From Podospora anserina (lineage: Eukaryota), in assembly GCA_017654855.1 (NCBI GenBank), contig CM030334.1, positions 930,001-994,000 of the forward strand: DNA of 64,000 bases. The letters are read 5' to 3'. The notes beneath the pieces were generated by a model. It was not told the origin of the DNA and made no database searches. It saw nothing but the letters and a program-made list of their open reading frames with translations. The position numbers were made by a program, and so were the translations under genes. The stretch's first letter is position 1; every line of letters begins with the position of its first letter. Below are positions 39,555 through 52,610 of this stretch, piece after piece.

Positions 39555-40865
39555 TCACCCCCCAGCCCTCCCCCTCCAAGTAAAATGCCCCCTCGGATCC
39601 CTCCCCAACTCCCTCATAGCCTTCACATCCCCATTTCCCTCCCCAAACTCCCTCACCACCGCCTCCTCCGCCAACTTGGCATACCTGACGGCATTCTTCG
39701 CATCCCCCAACATATTATAATTCAACGCCACCAACGTCAACCCTCCCGCAATCTTACTCTCCAACCTCTCCTCCTGATACAACCTCACCAACCTCTCCAA
39801 CAACTTCCTATCCACCTTATCTGTAAACCCGCTCAGTTTCCCCTCAATCTTTTTGATCTCCTCCAAATTCCTATCCGACTTTTTAATCTCCTTCGCGCTC
39901 CCCGCACAAACAGCACAAGAGCAGTCAAACCCCCAAGCATGAAACGCCCTCATCTTCCGGTTTTCCGTCATGTCCATTTGATCGAGATAAGAAATTGTCA
40001 GTTCTTCATCCGGCTTCACCTCTCGGACAACGGTGGTGACGTGCTGCAGGGTCTTCGGGTTGATTTGAAAAACGACATTGGGGCGGCAGTCGTGGTTGAA
40101 CCTGCTGACCTCAGGCCAGTTGCCGTAGTGGTGGCCGCCCTCGGGGGCTTTGGTGCTGAGGTCCATTTGGAACGAGTTGGTCTGGATGATGGAGTGGATC
40201 TGATCTCCCGAAAAGTGCGCCATTTGTTCTTGGAAGCGTTTCCGAAGGGGTTCGGGGAGGAGGTCAACGGCTGCGGAGAGCAACGGGGCTTGGGCCGAAG
40301 CAGGGATTTGGTCGAAGAAGGTCCGGTGGACAATGAGGGCAGGGTAGAGGGACATGACGGTGGTTCCTGGGGAAAGCTTCTCGTTTGCCACCAAGCCTAA
40401 TCCCTTCCCTGGAATGGCCGCCTCGCGGTATGGTAGGGGAGTGGGATCGTATTCATCCACATGTGGAATAAGATCAGGGGGCGACTTTTTGTGAAGAGCC
40501 TGGAGGCGTTGGATATTGCGGGCAGTGGTGATGGCTACCATGCCACGTCCGTGAGCGAACCTTGGGTTGTGGAAGACGCAATACTGGTCGACGCAGTGGT
40601 TGGTCGACTCAAATTCAGGCGACGCTGGTCGAAAGGCAAAGGGTGGCGGATGCGGTGGTTCCAAGGTCACATCTGAGCTGGAATACCTGGCCTCACCGCC
40701 TGTCAAAGCGGGACAGATGTACTCGCGTAGATGGATGACCGTCTTCGGGTCAATGATGTCTGGGGAAGGTTTGCCGATGCACACGTCTGCAAAGGACAAT
40801 CGTGGGATGAGTTGCTGGACAGCTGCTGCGCCTGATGCGAGTGATAGTAGGTGAATGGCCCACAT
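39555..40865 (-). CDS. SET-domain protein with predicted N-terminal signal peptide and helical C-terminus, 436 aa
   Basis: IPGKGLGLVA, SRFNHDCRPN, EELTISYLD, WGFDCSCAVC post-SET motif. The N-terminus MWAIHLLSLASGAAA is hydrophobic with an AxA site. Confidence 0.9.
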   Translation of the reverse strand: MWAIHLLSLASGAAAVQQLIPRLSFADVCIGKPSPDIIDPKTVIHLREYICPALTGGEARYSSSDVTLEPPHPPPFAFRPASPEFESTNHCVDQYCVFHNPRFAHGRGMVAITTARNIQRLQALHKKSPPDLIPHVDEYDPTPLPYREAAIPGKGLGLVANEKLSPGTTVMSLYPALIVHRTFFDQIPASAQAPLLSAAVDLLPEPLRKRFQEQMAHFSGDQIHSIIQTNSFQMDLSTKAPEGGHHYGNWPEVSRFNHDCRPNVVFQINPKTLQHVTTVVREVKPDEELTISYLDQMDMTENRKMRAFHAWGFDCSCAVCAGSAKEIKKSDRNLEEIKKIEGKLSGFTDKVDRKLLERLVRLYQEERLESKIAGGLTLVALNYNMLGDAKNAVRYAKLAEEAVVREFGEGNGDVKAMRELGRDPRGHFTWRGRAGG

Positions 40866-41641
40866 TGTGGCTGAATCTTGGTGAAGATGATGATGAACAA
40901 GGTAAGGGCAATCTCAGCTTTTGTCCATGGTGTCGTTCGAAGCCAGTGTCTGTTTCATGTTTCATGTTGGCTGAAACGGTTGGCATTCAGGGGTTGAGAT
41001 GCCAAGACGCCTCTCTATCCCAATCTTACCCACTGAAGGCGCTGTGGGGCGCTTGGTTTTGGGGGCCAAAGCGTGCAGAATAGGGGTCCAGCAGTGATGT
41101 CATGCTGAGCTTGAGCAAAAGAGTGGTTGAAGACATGCCGATGGTTTATGGGAGTGGTTTAGGTCCTCCGCTCGTGACAGTCCGGAATGCTGCGCCCTTT
41201 CAATGTCGAAGAAACCAGGAACTCAGGAATGCCGCCACCACCAGCCCCTGATATTCCCGAAATAGAATGAGATGTATCGCTCGCGTGTTTGTGGCTTGAT
41301 AGATGTAGACGGACAATCTTCCCCGGCCCAATGCACCGGGAGGTGGCTCGGGAGATCCCCTTCGTCCCGCATCCATCCCTGAGAAGCGGTTCGAGATTGA
41401 CCCAGAGCACCTGAGTCCCCGTCCCGGCATTCCACACCAACCGGTTATTGTACACGCGATATCACAGCTGGGAATGTCCGGAATTTAGAGCTCAGCCGTA
41501 CTCATTCGATCGTCGACGACTAAATTGCTCTTAAGGACAGGATGCTATCCGCCCAAGGTTGCTTAGCTTCGCCCCTTCGTTGCTGTCAGTTCTGCCCAGC
41601 GCAATAACCATATCGTGAGTCATCCGATCTACACTCTCATC

Positions 41642-42354
41642 ATGGCGCTCAACTTGTTGTCGCTTGCCCCCCTCTTGGGGTATGCCTTTGCCCTACCACA
41701 ATCCCAACCGTCGGCCTCGCCCAACATCCAAAACCTGGCCATGTGGGGCACTGGCTGCCCCCTTGGTGCCGCCGGTCTCATGTCCGGGGTTCGCAATGGA
41801 ACTCCCATCTTCAGCTTCTCAGAATGGGGTCTCGTGCTGCCTAACGTGGATGACCCTGAGAGCGAGACCACAGCGTCCAAGTTCTGCACCGAGGAGATAA
41901 CGCTGAACAATGGACCCGTCGGCTTCCAGCTTCGCATCGAGACGGTGACGGTCGGTGGATGGGCCGAGCTAGAGGAGGGGACTAAGCTGGTGGTTGAGGC
42001 CGAAACCAAGCTAGGCGACGTTGTTGCTGGAGTAAGTCAGCGACCGCACTTCGGAGATAAATACAACAAGGACTGACAAGTATGTAGGGACAAACAACCA
42101 GGGTCACCAGCGGAGACCTCAAGGGCAATGACTTGGAGGTGTCTTTGGATATTCTACCATTTGTCTACTCTGCCTGCGTTGACGAGAGTGGCACCGTGCC
42201 CAAGATTGTTATCAAGACCACCGTCAGTCTTGTCGGGGAGAAGCGCGCTGATGGAACAGTCTCCAAGGGAGTAGTCGGGGGTGCCAAGGCTCTGGGCGTA
42301 CACTTCAGTCCCGTGTGGCGCCCTTGTGCGAGACCAATGGCCAAGACGATATGA
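41642..42354 (+). CDS. Small secreted protein, DUF4360-like; exons 41642-42031, 42088-42354
   Basis: Signal peptide MALNLLSLAPLLGYAFA, GTGCP motif, K.C, terminal WRPC; canonical in-phase intron. Confidence 0.75.
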
Positions 42355-42929
42355 TGTTTGGTGAAGGGTCCAGACCCTTGAGGCTAAATATCGATGCATG
42401 TATCCCTCTCTTGGTCTCAGTCTTGGCCCGAGAACAAAACCTGGGTGGCATTGCAGCAAACCACCAGATAGACGAGATCACTGGTCGCCCTCAAGGCGTA
42501 CAAGCAGTGTCTCAGCGGGCCGCCACCGGAAATTTATGTCTCTTTCGGCGCCATGGCCCTGCAACCTTGATCAGCCTTCGGTGCTCCGGGACATGCCGTA
42601 CAACACGCCATCAGCGATCCAAGATATCGGGTCGTGAGTCCAATGGTAGAGTGCGACTGTTCCAAAGTACAGGTTCCTCAAGGTGCACTATCCGTAGATC
42701 TGTCGTACTCGTCGAGACGTGGTGGGAGCTTGCAGCTGCCAATTGGCCGATGAGGCCGGACTCCGGAACTTCTGTCTTAGACACTAGGATCTTCCCATGA
42801 GAGACGAACGTCTACATAAGGAGCCCGTTCATCCCTAGGTCGTGTCTTATGTCATGGTTGCGTCCACTAACACCAACACCAAGCCCGAACTTTGCTCCTT
42901 GATTGTGAAATTGCCGAATCGCGCAGACC

Positions 42930-44502
42930 ATGGAGAGTGCCCTGACAACAAAGACCGAGGGTGGTCAGCAGTATCACAGCCAAGATGAAACTTGTGTGGG
43001 GGATATTTCCTGGACGCCAGAGGAGGAGCGGAAGGTGGTACGAAAAGTCGATTTGCGCTTGATCCCGACAGTCTGGCTCATGTTTGTCATTTCCTGGATG
43101 GACCGCAGCAAGTCAGTATCACCTCTTTTATGGTCGAGTTCAGGGAACTAACGATAGGTTCAGTCTGGGAAATGCCAAAATCGCAGGGCTCAATGCCGAC
43201 CTCCACCTGTCGTCCACCGACTACAGCTTGGCAATCATCACGTTCTACTGTACGTGCTGCCGTATGTCTGCCCATACTAGGGGAATGGTAACTAATAGCA
43301 CGCCCTGGTCCAGTCGGCTATGCCTTCTGCGGTCCTCTGTCCAATCTCATCATCACCCGCGTTAGACCATCCATCTACTTCGCTGGCCTGATGATGGTTT
43401 GGGGTATCGCAACTTGTTGCATGGGTGCCGTCAAAACCTTTCCACAGCTCCTTGTTCTCCGCATCATTGTCGGTATCTTCGAGGGCGGCTTGACCCCGGG
43501 CGTCTATTTTGTCATCTCAAGTTGGTATGTGCCCGCAGAGCAAGCGAAACGTGCCGCCTTTGTGTTGTCTGCTGTTCTCCTCGGCGGCGCGTTTGGTGGT
43601 ATCATCGCCGGCGCTGTGACAGGCGGTCTCGAAGGCCGCTACGGGATCCGGGGTTGGCGTTGGCTGTTCATCGTGGAGGGAATCATCACCATCATCTGGG
43701 CGATGATTGCAGGCTTCATTCTCCCTGACTTTCCCGCCACCTGCCGACACTTCACCCCCGAGGAGAAGAGAATCGCGACTAGTAGGCTAAGGAACTGCGG
43801 CACGAACATCGGCGATAACCAAAGTGATGGGCCACGGCTTGGAAAAGTGCAGTCGATAAAGCTCGCTTTGTCGGACTGGAGGACTTGGGGTGTGGCTGGT
43901 GGTATCGGGGTAAGTGACGAGCGATGGGGATCCCGAAGTGCAGTGCTAACTGGTCGCAGCTATGCGGATGTGCTACGGTTCTCCCCTACTTCTATCCAAC
44001 GTTGGTCAATGGCCTTGGCTACAAGGAGCACGTCACAGCACAGTACATGACCGTACCAATCTGGGCTGTGGCATTTGTGTGTGCCCTGTCCAGTGGGTTC
44101 ATCGCTGACCGAATCCCCAATCACCGTGCTGCGTTCATCGCCGGCTGGTCGGGGTTTGCTGCCATCATTTCCATCGTGGTGTGTGTCGTTGAGGAATACA
44201 AAGCGCGGTATATCCTCCTGATCTTCCAAGGATGTGGTGTCTGGACATGCATCTCGCTAGGTGTGGCTGTTGCGACGACGACGTTCCAGGACATGAGACC
44301 GGAAGTGCGAGCGATCTCGGTCAGCTTGCCGCAGGCCGTCGGCAACGCTGCCAACATCTACGGGGCGTATCTTTTCCCTCAGGAACATGCGCCGAGGTAT
44401 TTGGCGGGCTTCGTCGTCATTACTGTGACTCTGGCGGCAGGGTCCTTATTGTTTGCTCTTGTCGATCTCGGCTTGAGTCGAAGGCGGAAGGTTTTGGCAT
44501 AG
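42930..44502 (+). CDS. MFS transporter, anion:cation symporter (Dal5/Tna1-like) family, three introns
   Basis: EERKVVRKVDLRLIP, MDRSNLGNAKIAG, SWY...EQAKR, GIRGWRWLFIVEG, ILPDFP, GNAANIYGAYLF...APRY..G. Confidence 0.92.
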
Positions 44503-44658
44503 CAAGATGCATTTGGAATAATAAATTTGATTGTGATTGGATAGGTAACAGTTGTATGCCGAGATAGAAATTATGGACACCCCCCTATACCCTGGTTAAC
44601 CTGCCCTGAAAATGCACAACCCATTTCTCCCTGGAGGAGCAACTACCTCTCGTCATCC

Positions 44659-45270
44659 TCAGGGCACCGACCCACCAAATCTTTCCAGCGATCTCCTCAA
44701 ATTCGCTCTCGCCTTCTCCTCCAGCAGCCCCCTAAAAATATCAGAGTGATAAATCCATTCCCTGTCCAAAAACCCCCTCAACACAGCCGCCCTCCCCTCC
44801 CTCCACCCTTGCTCATCCACGTGCCCATACTCCTTCCTCACCGCACCCTCATACTCATCAAATGCTTCTTCCTCAGCCCCCAGAACACCCAAATCCATAT
44901 CCAAAAAAATGGCCGCATCTGCCACCACCTCAGAACTTGGCAACTCATCAGGCACAGTGTGCGTCGCCGTTGCCTCAATCATGACTTGTATCCCTTTCAG
45001 ACGTGTTGCATCCACAAGCCCAGAGAGCATAGAGCCTGCCAACTGTGCGCTTTGAACCTCATTACAGTTTCCCTGCGCGTGGACATTGTAGATGGCATCA
45101 TGAAACCAGATGGCTGCTTCGATTGCCTCTGGGTCGTGAAATTTCTCCCGGTGAGTGGAAAGAAGAGCGAGGAGAGCTTCGATATGGTTGAGGGTGTGAT
45201 AATGGCGTGATGTGTGAGAATAGAGCTCCTTCAGCTTGTCACGGATGTGATCCGAGATGAGTGTCATCAT
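44659..45270 (-). CDS. Predicted metal-dependent HD-superfamily phosphohydrolase (~203 aa)
   Basis: RHYHTLNHI, AIWFHDAIY, NEVQSA, IEATATH, FLDMDLGVLG, VRKEY, GRAAVL..FL, ARANL motifs; intronless. Confidence 0.88.
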   Translation of the reverse strand: MMTLISDHIRDKLKELYSHTSRHYHTLNHIEALLALLSTHREKFHDPEAIEAAIWFHDAIYNVHAQGNCNEVQSAQLAGSMLSGLVDATRLKGIQVMIEATATHTVPDELPSSEVVADAAIFLDMDLGVLGAEEEAFDEYEGAVRKEYGHVDEQGWREGRAAVLRGFLDREWIYHSDIFRGLLEEKARANLRRSLERFGGSVP

Positions 45271-46276
45271 GGATGCGAGGTTGATGTTTTGAGGGAGAGG
45301 GCACATGAGCAGGACCAAGGAGCTTGACTGTTCAGCTCTTGGCGTTTCCCCTCTCTCAACAAGGCAATCATTGCGCAGCTGTCTCACCCGCATGATCTGA
45401 CTGATATACGCTCCGTACATCAATCTCATCCTCCCCTCTTGGACTTCAAACTTCTCAATCATGTCGGTCAAATCTCTCACATCAATCTCACCACTTCCCA
45501 CTTAGATAATGTCATGGCGCGTCACATTCATGTGCTTCCAAACACAAACATCCCGACCTTACTTGAGCCTGGCGCCATTCCTCACACCAAAAAGAAGGAT
45601 AACGCGCGATTAGAGTATGTTTGTGCGGATAGCTAAAAGGATGAGAGAACCCGCATTGAGAACCCAAACCGTGGTACCTTATGTATCATCATGATGAGCT
45701 TCGGTTTGAGGTCAAGGATAGTCTGAAGAGGTGTCCCGTTGACATGAACTTCAGTGTCAGACTGTGGAAAGACCTATGGAGATAGTGTAAAGATATTTAA
45801 ATATCATGAGGGCATGTCAACATGGCATCGAGACATACAAGTGATCTGGGGGCGCATCCAAACTCCACTCAAAGAACCTTTTGCCTATAGGGTATGGTGA
45901 GATTTAACTGTGCAACAACGTCGAGTGGGGGCATTACTCTTACTTTTAAACCTATTCGAGCATAGTACAAAACCTGTCATGATAATCCGAAGGCATATGA
46001 TGATACCTCCAGTATGAAGGCCTACAATGATCGTTGAAAGGCGTACTCAGATAGAGTAAATACATCCCAAGATAAAATCAAGGCGTGGCAAGATCACATC
46101 AAGGCATACAAGTCATAGTTGAATGTATTCAAATTCCACTCATGGCCCTATAAAAATGCTCAGGGCTTATTAGCCCGGCCAACATCCTCCGTCCTCCGGT
46201 CTCCAACGCCTCCCCCCTCGCCTCCGCACGGCAGACCAAAACGTCCCCAAACGCCACCACGACCACCCACGAACGT

Positions 46277-47557
46277 TCAGGTCTTGGACTCGCCGGCCCG
46301 GCTCTCGCGCGTCGCCGCACGAGCTGGAGCGCTCACAGGCGCGAACTCAACCCCGAACTCCACCGTCCTGGTGATCCCTGCTGGCTCAACACCAGCCTCA
46401 ACCCCCTCGCCAGACCCGAGGATCTCGTCGGTACTATCCGACCCATCCAGCCCAGCATCACCCCCCACACGTGACCAGGGGCGGTCGTCCAGCTCGATCT
46501 TAACGGGCCAGGTTGTGGCCCCCCCACCGGCCCTCGCATATCTGTGCCCAGCCGTGGCACCACTGGTCTGGCTTCTTCCAACAGAGCTTTTGAATATTGT
46601 TGGCCAGGTTCTCACCAACAGCACCCTCACCGAAGGCAAGCACAAGCAAACAAACGCGAGATTATACTCGATGATCGTCCACAACGTTCCAATGATGTCG
46701 TATGTCCTGTCCGTCACATGGCTCACTAGGAGCGACTGGACTCGGAGAGCCGATGCCACCACAATAAACACACCCAATCCAAACACTGGCATCAACGCAA
46801 GCTTCTGGCTCAGGGGGATGTTCAATCTAATGACGAGAGGGAACGGGAGGACCAAGATGATGAGATCGGTGACCAGAGAGACGATGGCGTTCATGTTCCA
46901 GATGATGTAAAGGTTCAGACACTTTCCATGGATGTCGAGATCCCAGGCTGAGGCGATGGGGATGCATTGGCAAATTCCCACGATGCTCGAAGAGGTCATG
47001 TAAAGGAGGATAAAGTAAATCAGGCCCATTGCTGTTAACTTAAACGCTCGGACGTGACTAAAGATCCGGACGTAGAGCAAGAGGAGCGAGACCTTGGTGA
47101 GATGGAGAGCAATCTTGTGGGTGATTTGACCAAAGAACCAGATCTGAAGGGCCGAAAAGAGATCGTGCTTGGGGATAACATCGGAATGCTTGCCAAAACC
47201 GTGGCTGACCATGGCAAAGAACATGACATTGGTAGCTATGTTGAAGAACTGTAACGTGAAAAAAAGGTCAGCAAGCTGGGAGACTGAAGAGGAGGGGTAA
47301 AAGTATGGCACAATCACGACTGGGACGACCGTAGTGGACGGCCAGAGTCAAGTCGGGACGGAGAAAATGCATACCAAAGCTGTGGCACTGATCCAATCAC
47401 CACGGTCCAACATCGTGGTCGCTCTGCGGGCGTGGATTCGGATGGCGAGGAGAAGAGGGCAGAGAATGGTAAAAAGAATCGTGGGAATCAACACCCAATG
47501 GGCTCGGCTCTCGTCATTGTAGCCACGATAGGGCTCTTGGGCTTGCTGGGTCGCCAT
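46277..47557 (-). CDS. PTH11-like (fungal rhodopsin-domain) integral membrane protein without CFEM; exons 47557-47375, 47248-46277
   Basis: GDW, HGFGKH, TKVSLLLLYVRIF, QCIPIASAWD, TDLIILVLP, QKLAL..VFGLG, WTIIEYNLAFVCLCLPS motifs. Confidence 0.9.
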
Positions 47558-47584
47558 GATCGTTGCTGGGATGGCGTTGCCTTC

Positions 47585-48050
47585 AATGAAGCCTTGCGTG
47601 GCGTTGACGTTTCCCGACCGAGAGTTGAAGTTGTAGTCGCTGGGATCGAACAAGATGTCAATCCTTGCATGAGGTTGTTGTTCTTCACTGGAAAGACCAA
47701 GGTGGTTTCTGGGATCGAGCAGGATCAGAAGCCTCGAATGGGGTTGTTGGTTTCGACAAGGTCAAGATGTGGTCGCTGGGATCAAGCAGGGTGAGAGGCC
47801 TCACGTGGGGTTGTTGTCTTCTTTCCACAGAAAGGGTCAAGGTGTGATCGTTGGGTTTGAGCACGATGAGAAGCCGAGTGGGGATCTGTTGTCTTTGACA
47901 GGAAAGGTCGAGATGTGGTCGTTGTGGTCGATCAGGGTGAAGCCTCGTATGGGACTTTTGCTCTCCACTGAAAAGGCCAAGCTGTGGTCGTTGAGGTCGA
48001 AGCTCGAACGGGGTGTCAAGCCTGGCGTGGGGTTGCTGTTGTTGTCATTC
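47585..48050. repeat. Seven degenerate ~70-bp tandem units immediately upstream of the PTH11-like start
   Basis: Recurring AGCCT-n-GTGGGGTTG...GGTCAAG-TGTGGTCG-TGGGATC with anchors near 47590, 47661, 47730, 47797, 47872, 47941, 48019. Confidence 0.75.
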
Positions 48051-51000
48051 TCAGGGTTAGGTGTGGTCTCTGGAACCAAGTCAGGATGCACTGTACCCGG
48101 CAGCTTGGAAACGGCACGGCAGGGAAGACGGAAGAGTGGAGTCGAAGGAAAATAAAACAACGGCATGGCATCCGATATATGGGTAACGTAGCCACACCCG
48201 TCAGCCCTGTTCAACCTCTCACAAGTTGAATAGAATTGAGTGCCTCTTGCTTGCCTTCGATAAGACGAAATCCTTCCTGTGATGGGCCGACTTCCCCGGA
48301 CAGCATCCGCATCCTGTCTAGGGCGTTTCCTTGACCGTTGCGTGATGGGATTGACGCATGCCTAACCCCTCTGGATGCACTTGATCGCCTTTGGCTTCAT
48401 CCTTTGCTTTGCCCCAGCGCAAGGCTTTGAACAACCCCCCAGGAGCTCAGCCTCTTTCCCCGGAAATGCAACACAGCCGTTCCCCGGCAGCCGGTTCTGG
48501 CGTTGTTGGTCATCACATACCGAAAGCACCTGCGTATTGAGTCGAAGGATTGACTTGAACCAGGTAACATACCCTTGACCAAAGCTTGTGTGTTTGGTCA
48601 CTGGTCGCTCGTGATCAAGGGTTTCCTGCATGCGCAGTTGACGACAGGGGTCGACTCGCAGCTCGGTGAGCATGGGGGTCAACACCACACTGCCGGCCAA
48701 TTTACGGTCCGAGCCAGGCACTTTGCTTTTGCCAGATGCTTTCTTGCATGACAGATGGCGTCCAACCTTGCGTCTTGCAGAAATGCCCACGCCAAGACAC
48801 GTTGTGTTCCTCGACCTTGACCAATGTTTGTTCCGGGTTCCGAGTAGCCAGGGTGTTTCGTCTGGCTGTGACCAATGTTTCTCGAACTTTTCGACGTTCT
48901 CAACTAGGTTCTAGGGTCAGATTGTTCGGTACGGGAGGTCCGCGCGGTGCGGCGTAGGTGGTTGGCTTGGCCCTGGTTGGAGAACCTTGTCAGTCTTGCT
49001 CTTCACTGGGATCAAGGTAAGAAGAAAACGATGAAAGGAGATACCATGCTCGAGCCCTCATTTCATCCAGAATGTTGAGCTGAGAGTATGGATTACAAGA
49101 GTATGCAGGAGTGATGCTGAAACGACATCAGTGCTTGCAATCCGCGATGTCCCGAGAAGGTCCACAGTTGTGCAGCCAATGGACGGGCTGCTGTCGTTGA
49201 ATCTGCCCCGGAGTTATGTCTGGAGATATTGGACATCGTTACTGAGACCAAGAAGTCAGGCTTCTTTCGGGCTTGGATCAACAACGGTAGAAGAAATGCT
49301 GGTGGCTTGCAAAACGCCTCCTGATTGCGAGCAGAGACTGCATGGATGTGACAATCTCGTGCTGCATGTGGTGATGTGGAGGATAGGCCATAGGTTGGCT
49401 TTGACCGAGCTTTACCCGTCACAAGTTTTGGATTGGCGAGGGTGTGTGTGGTGATGTTGCTACCCTGTTCCTTGGTTGGTTTCAACTTTCTATTGGGGGT
49501 TCCATGTTGTACTGAGGATCAGCGCCGACCAGCGAACACGAACTCCAAGCCAATTCGAGTCTCCGTCTGTGTATTCAATGCCAAGTTAAAATGTCCCGTA
49601 CCTTGAAAAGAGATGTTGTCAAGCCAGTCAATGCGAAAGAAAAAACATACCAAGTGTTCAAACACGACCACTTGGCAACAAGTCCAGGGTCTCAATTCCG
49701 GGGTCCAGTCAACCGGTGACAAGGATGTTGGACAAGAGTACCAATGACCCTTCTGAAGGTAATCCACATGTAGACGGTTGAAGCGTCAACAATGACCATC
49801 GCCAGCGACCGTAGAGTGTGAGGAAGTAATCGTCGTCGCCTTGCAAACAGTGAATGGACAGTGGAATGGATGTTCTAAAAGAAGCTGAATCTGGAGGGAC
49901 GACGACCTTGTTATCAGCATCAGGCTGGTGGGCCGGGGAGGAAAAGACATCTAGAGAACAGACAGAGCCGTATAGGAGGGGCTTGCTTACTGACGTAGAT
50001 ACCCGATTTTGAGAGGTTAACAGGGGCTGGACGGTCCGGTTTTGGGTTCGCCCAACGGCTGGAGTAAGGGATATAATGGTCAATTATAGCTGTAATGATG
50101 CATATAATGATTTCCAGTGATGATGCTGCTTTCATGGGCACAAGGCTAAAAAATGAATGAAGATGTTGATGGGATGGGTTCGTGTTTGTCCGACTTTGTG
50201 GTGTTGTGACGCTAGGGCTTTTTCCCCTCCAATGCCTTTAGGAGCAACAAAACTTTTTGTGCGTCTGAAAAGAAACAGGAGTGTTGTGGGTCACTGATTT
50301 TGCAGTGGGTAGAGTCGATAGAGGTGAGGGAAGAGCCTAGGTAGGGTTTGTAGCGGCAGAACCAGCCAGGTTGACTCAACCTGAGGAAGGACCGACCTTG
50401 ACAAGAAGCACGGGCCTTGATGGAGCTCATCTGCTGTGACTAGGTGATGGTGATACCGAAGTATCCGACTGTCAATTGGTATCTCTCAACTCGACGATGT
50501 GTTATGGTGGTCATCCTAAATCATGACTGGTGTTTGCCTTCATGACAAAGCTCAACACCGGTCGGTGATGAAGCAGCTGCGCCATGTCCCCTAATGGCAC
50601 TCACGAAGTCATTTGTTGACAGGAAGTCAATTCACAAGGAGTCAAAAGCCCAGTCACACAATGACTGGTGAGAGAAATAAAATGGGATTGGTACCCAGTT
50701 TCTAAGCACCATCAGAAAGATTCTAGATCTCATTCAACAAACCCGTGATTATCTGAACAGGCTCCTGACGGTTGAAGTCATGAACACTGCGTAATGTACA
50801 AATGCATCTCTGAGCGTTCCTCAACACTTCACACACATTGATGCTCTCAATGCCTTCCTCTTGTGAGACAGGGACAGCACAGTAATAACAACCCTCCAGA
50901 CAGTGGCAGAGGAAGAGCTGCTTGGATCTTCGCCGCCAGCGTCGGCCATCTCCAAGTCACTGGGGTTGTCAGACTCTTGGCTCAGGTTGATTGACTCATG

Positions 51001-51325
51001 ATCTAGGGTCGTAGAGCGGTCATCTTCATTTGCGGCAAGGCTCTTTGTTTTGGTGTCCTAGGAGGAAGCTCGGCCCAAGAGCTGGAAGGGAGACCGGACA
51101 TTCCTTCCTAGAGGAAATTGCCCAAAGGACCTTCCCTCTCTTCCAGCTGCAAGCCACATATTATCAAGACGGCCACCAGCAGCAGCTGCCGCCGCCAACT
51201 TTCTGTCGTCTTCGCGCGCCTTTCCTCTCGCTTCCTCTTGTGTGTCTGTCGTCCGGGCTCGTCTCAGTTTTTTCCTTTTGTTCCCAAGATGCGCCGGTAA
51301 GCCCTCTGTTCCATTTCTGCCTTGC

Positions 51326-51679
51326 CTAGTCCTTTACAGGGTCGCCTCGGAAGAGAATATCTCGACGGGCTCTTGGATCAAGTGCTTTCCAGATACTGGT
51401 CCCTGTTTCGACTAGTGCCTCCCACCCCTCTCTTGTTTCCAACATGGTGAGACCAAAGTGCATGGCAAAGGCAACGAATCGAAAGGCTCGGGACGTTGCT
51501 GCAAGGGGGCGGATGTCGGCCGGGTCGTCATGGTCTTGGGTCACAACCCGGGAGTTCTGAAGGATCCTGCGAGGGTCTTCACGAGGGGTGGGAGAGCCGG
51601 AGTGGGAACGGGAGTGGTCGCTGCTTTGTGCTGACCGGGGTGCGCTGGAGAGGGAGGAACTGGAGGATCTTGAGGACAT
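51326..51679 (-). pseudogene. Truncated hypothetical protein (Ser-rich start, then FRFVAFAMHFGLTMLETREG...)
   Basis: Protein-like ORF from ATG 51679 ending at TAG after GDPVKD; the downstream sequence looks coding-like but the frame is not maintained. Confidence 0.4.
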
Positions 51680-52610
51680 AGTTATTGGATAACAACCCGG
51701 TGATACCGGACGACAGAGGAAAATGATATGAAGAAAAACAAGAAGAAAATGGGAATTTAGCAATGCTGTGATACCAGATCACAGGCAGAATAGCGATGTG
51801 AGTGACTGAAAAGGGTGGGGGTAAATACGAAATGTAGGGAGGACCTGATAATGTCGTGATACCAGATCACGTCGGAATGCTAGGCAGGCGGGTGATGAAT
51901 GAGGCGAGAAGGAGAGGCTTGATGGTTAGAATGATGATAATCCGGACGGCCAGAGGATCTTTACATACTCACTTTGCCCATAGGCAGGGCCTCTTTCGAA
52001 TCGCGATAGCTATCTCCTCAGTGAACAAGGTCATCATACGGTACCTGATACCCACATGTCCTGGTCGCTTGTTGTTGGCCTAGCGAGGCCTGGCGCCTGA
52101 ATTGTAATGGAGAGCAACAATCTGCCCGTTGCGGCTCATGAATACTCCGAAAAGAAGGCGGTTGGGTACATGTTGGGTATTATTCACAAAACCACCGACC
52201 TGGCCATGCGTAAGAGGCTCAGCCTGACAGTAAGGGTGGGCCAGCCATCCATACTTCTAGTGTGATTGGCGTCTTCTGGCCAATGTTGTCACTATTTTCA
52301 TATCCAGCTGGACCCGACAGACTGGTAACGATGTCCGACGAAACGATAAGGGGGTTGGCGCCCATCAGTGCCACCGGCTCACCCATCCCCACTTCTTTTG
52401 CCAAGAATGCTCCCTGCAGCCTGGAAGTCACCGACAAACCAACAACCGACTTTCTCTTCCCCCCCATTCACTTCACCCGCTCTTTTCTTTTTCCTCCATA
52501 TATAACACCCTGGAATCTCAGAATATCATCCAGTAATAAATAGCTATGGCCTCAAGCACGTTCCACTACGACATTGATGCACCGCACAGTCCAGCTTCGA
52601 CCCTGACGAC

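Noticed and set aside
43108-43113. Possible GC donor in the MFS gene
   Set aside because: The canonical GTCAGT four bases later gives the expected DRSNLGNAK.
47585-48050. CRISPR-like interpretation of the spaced repeats
   Set aside because: Eukaryotic DNA; the units are degenerate along their whole length with no unique spacers or cas genes.
48300-51000. Short protein-like ORF fragments suggesting decayed genes
   Set aside because: Could not be joined into a frame or assigned to a family.
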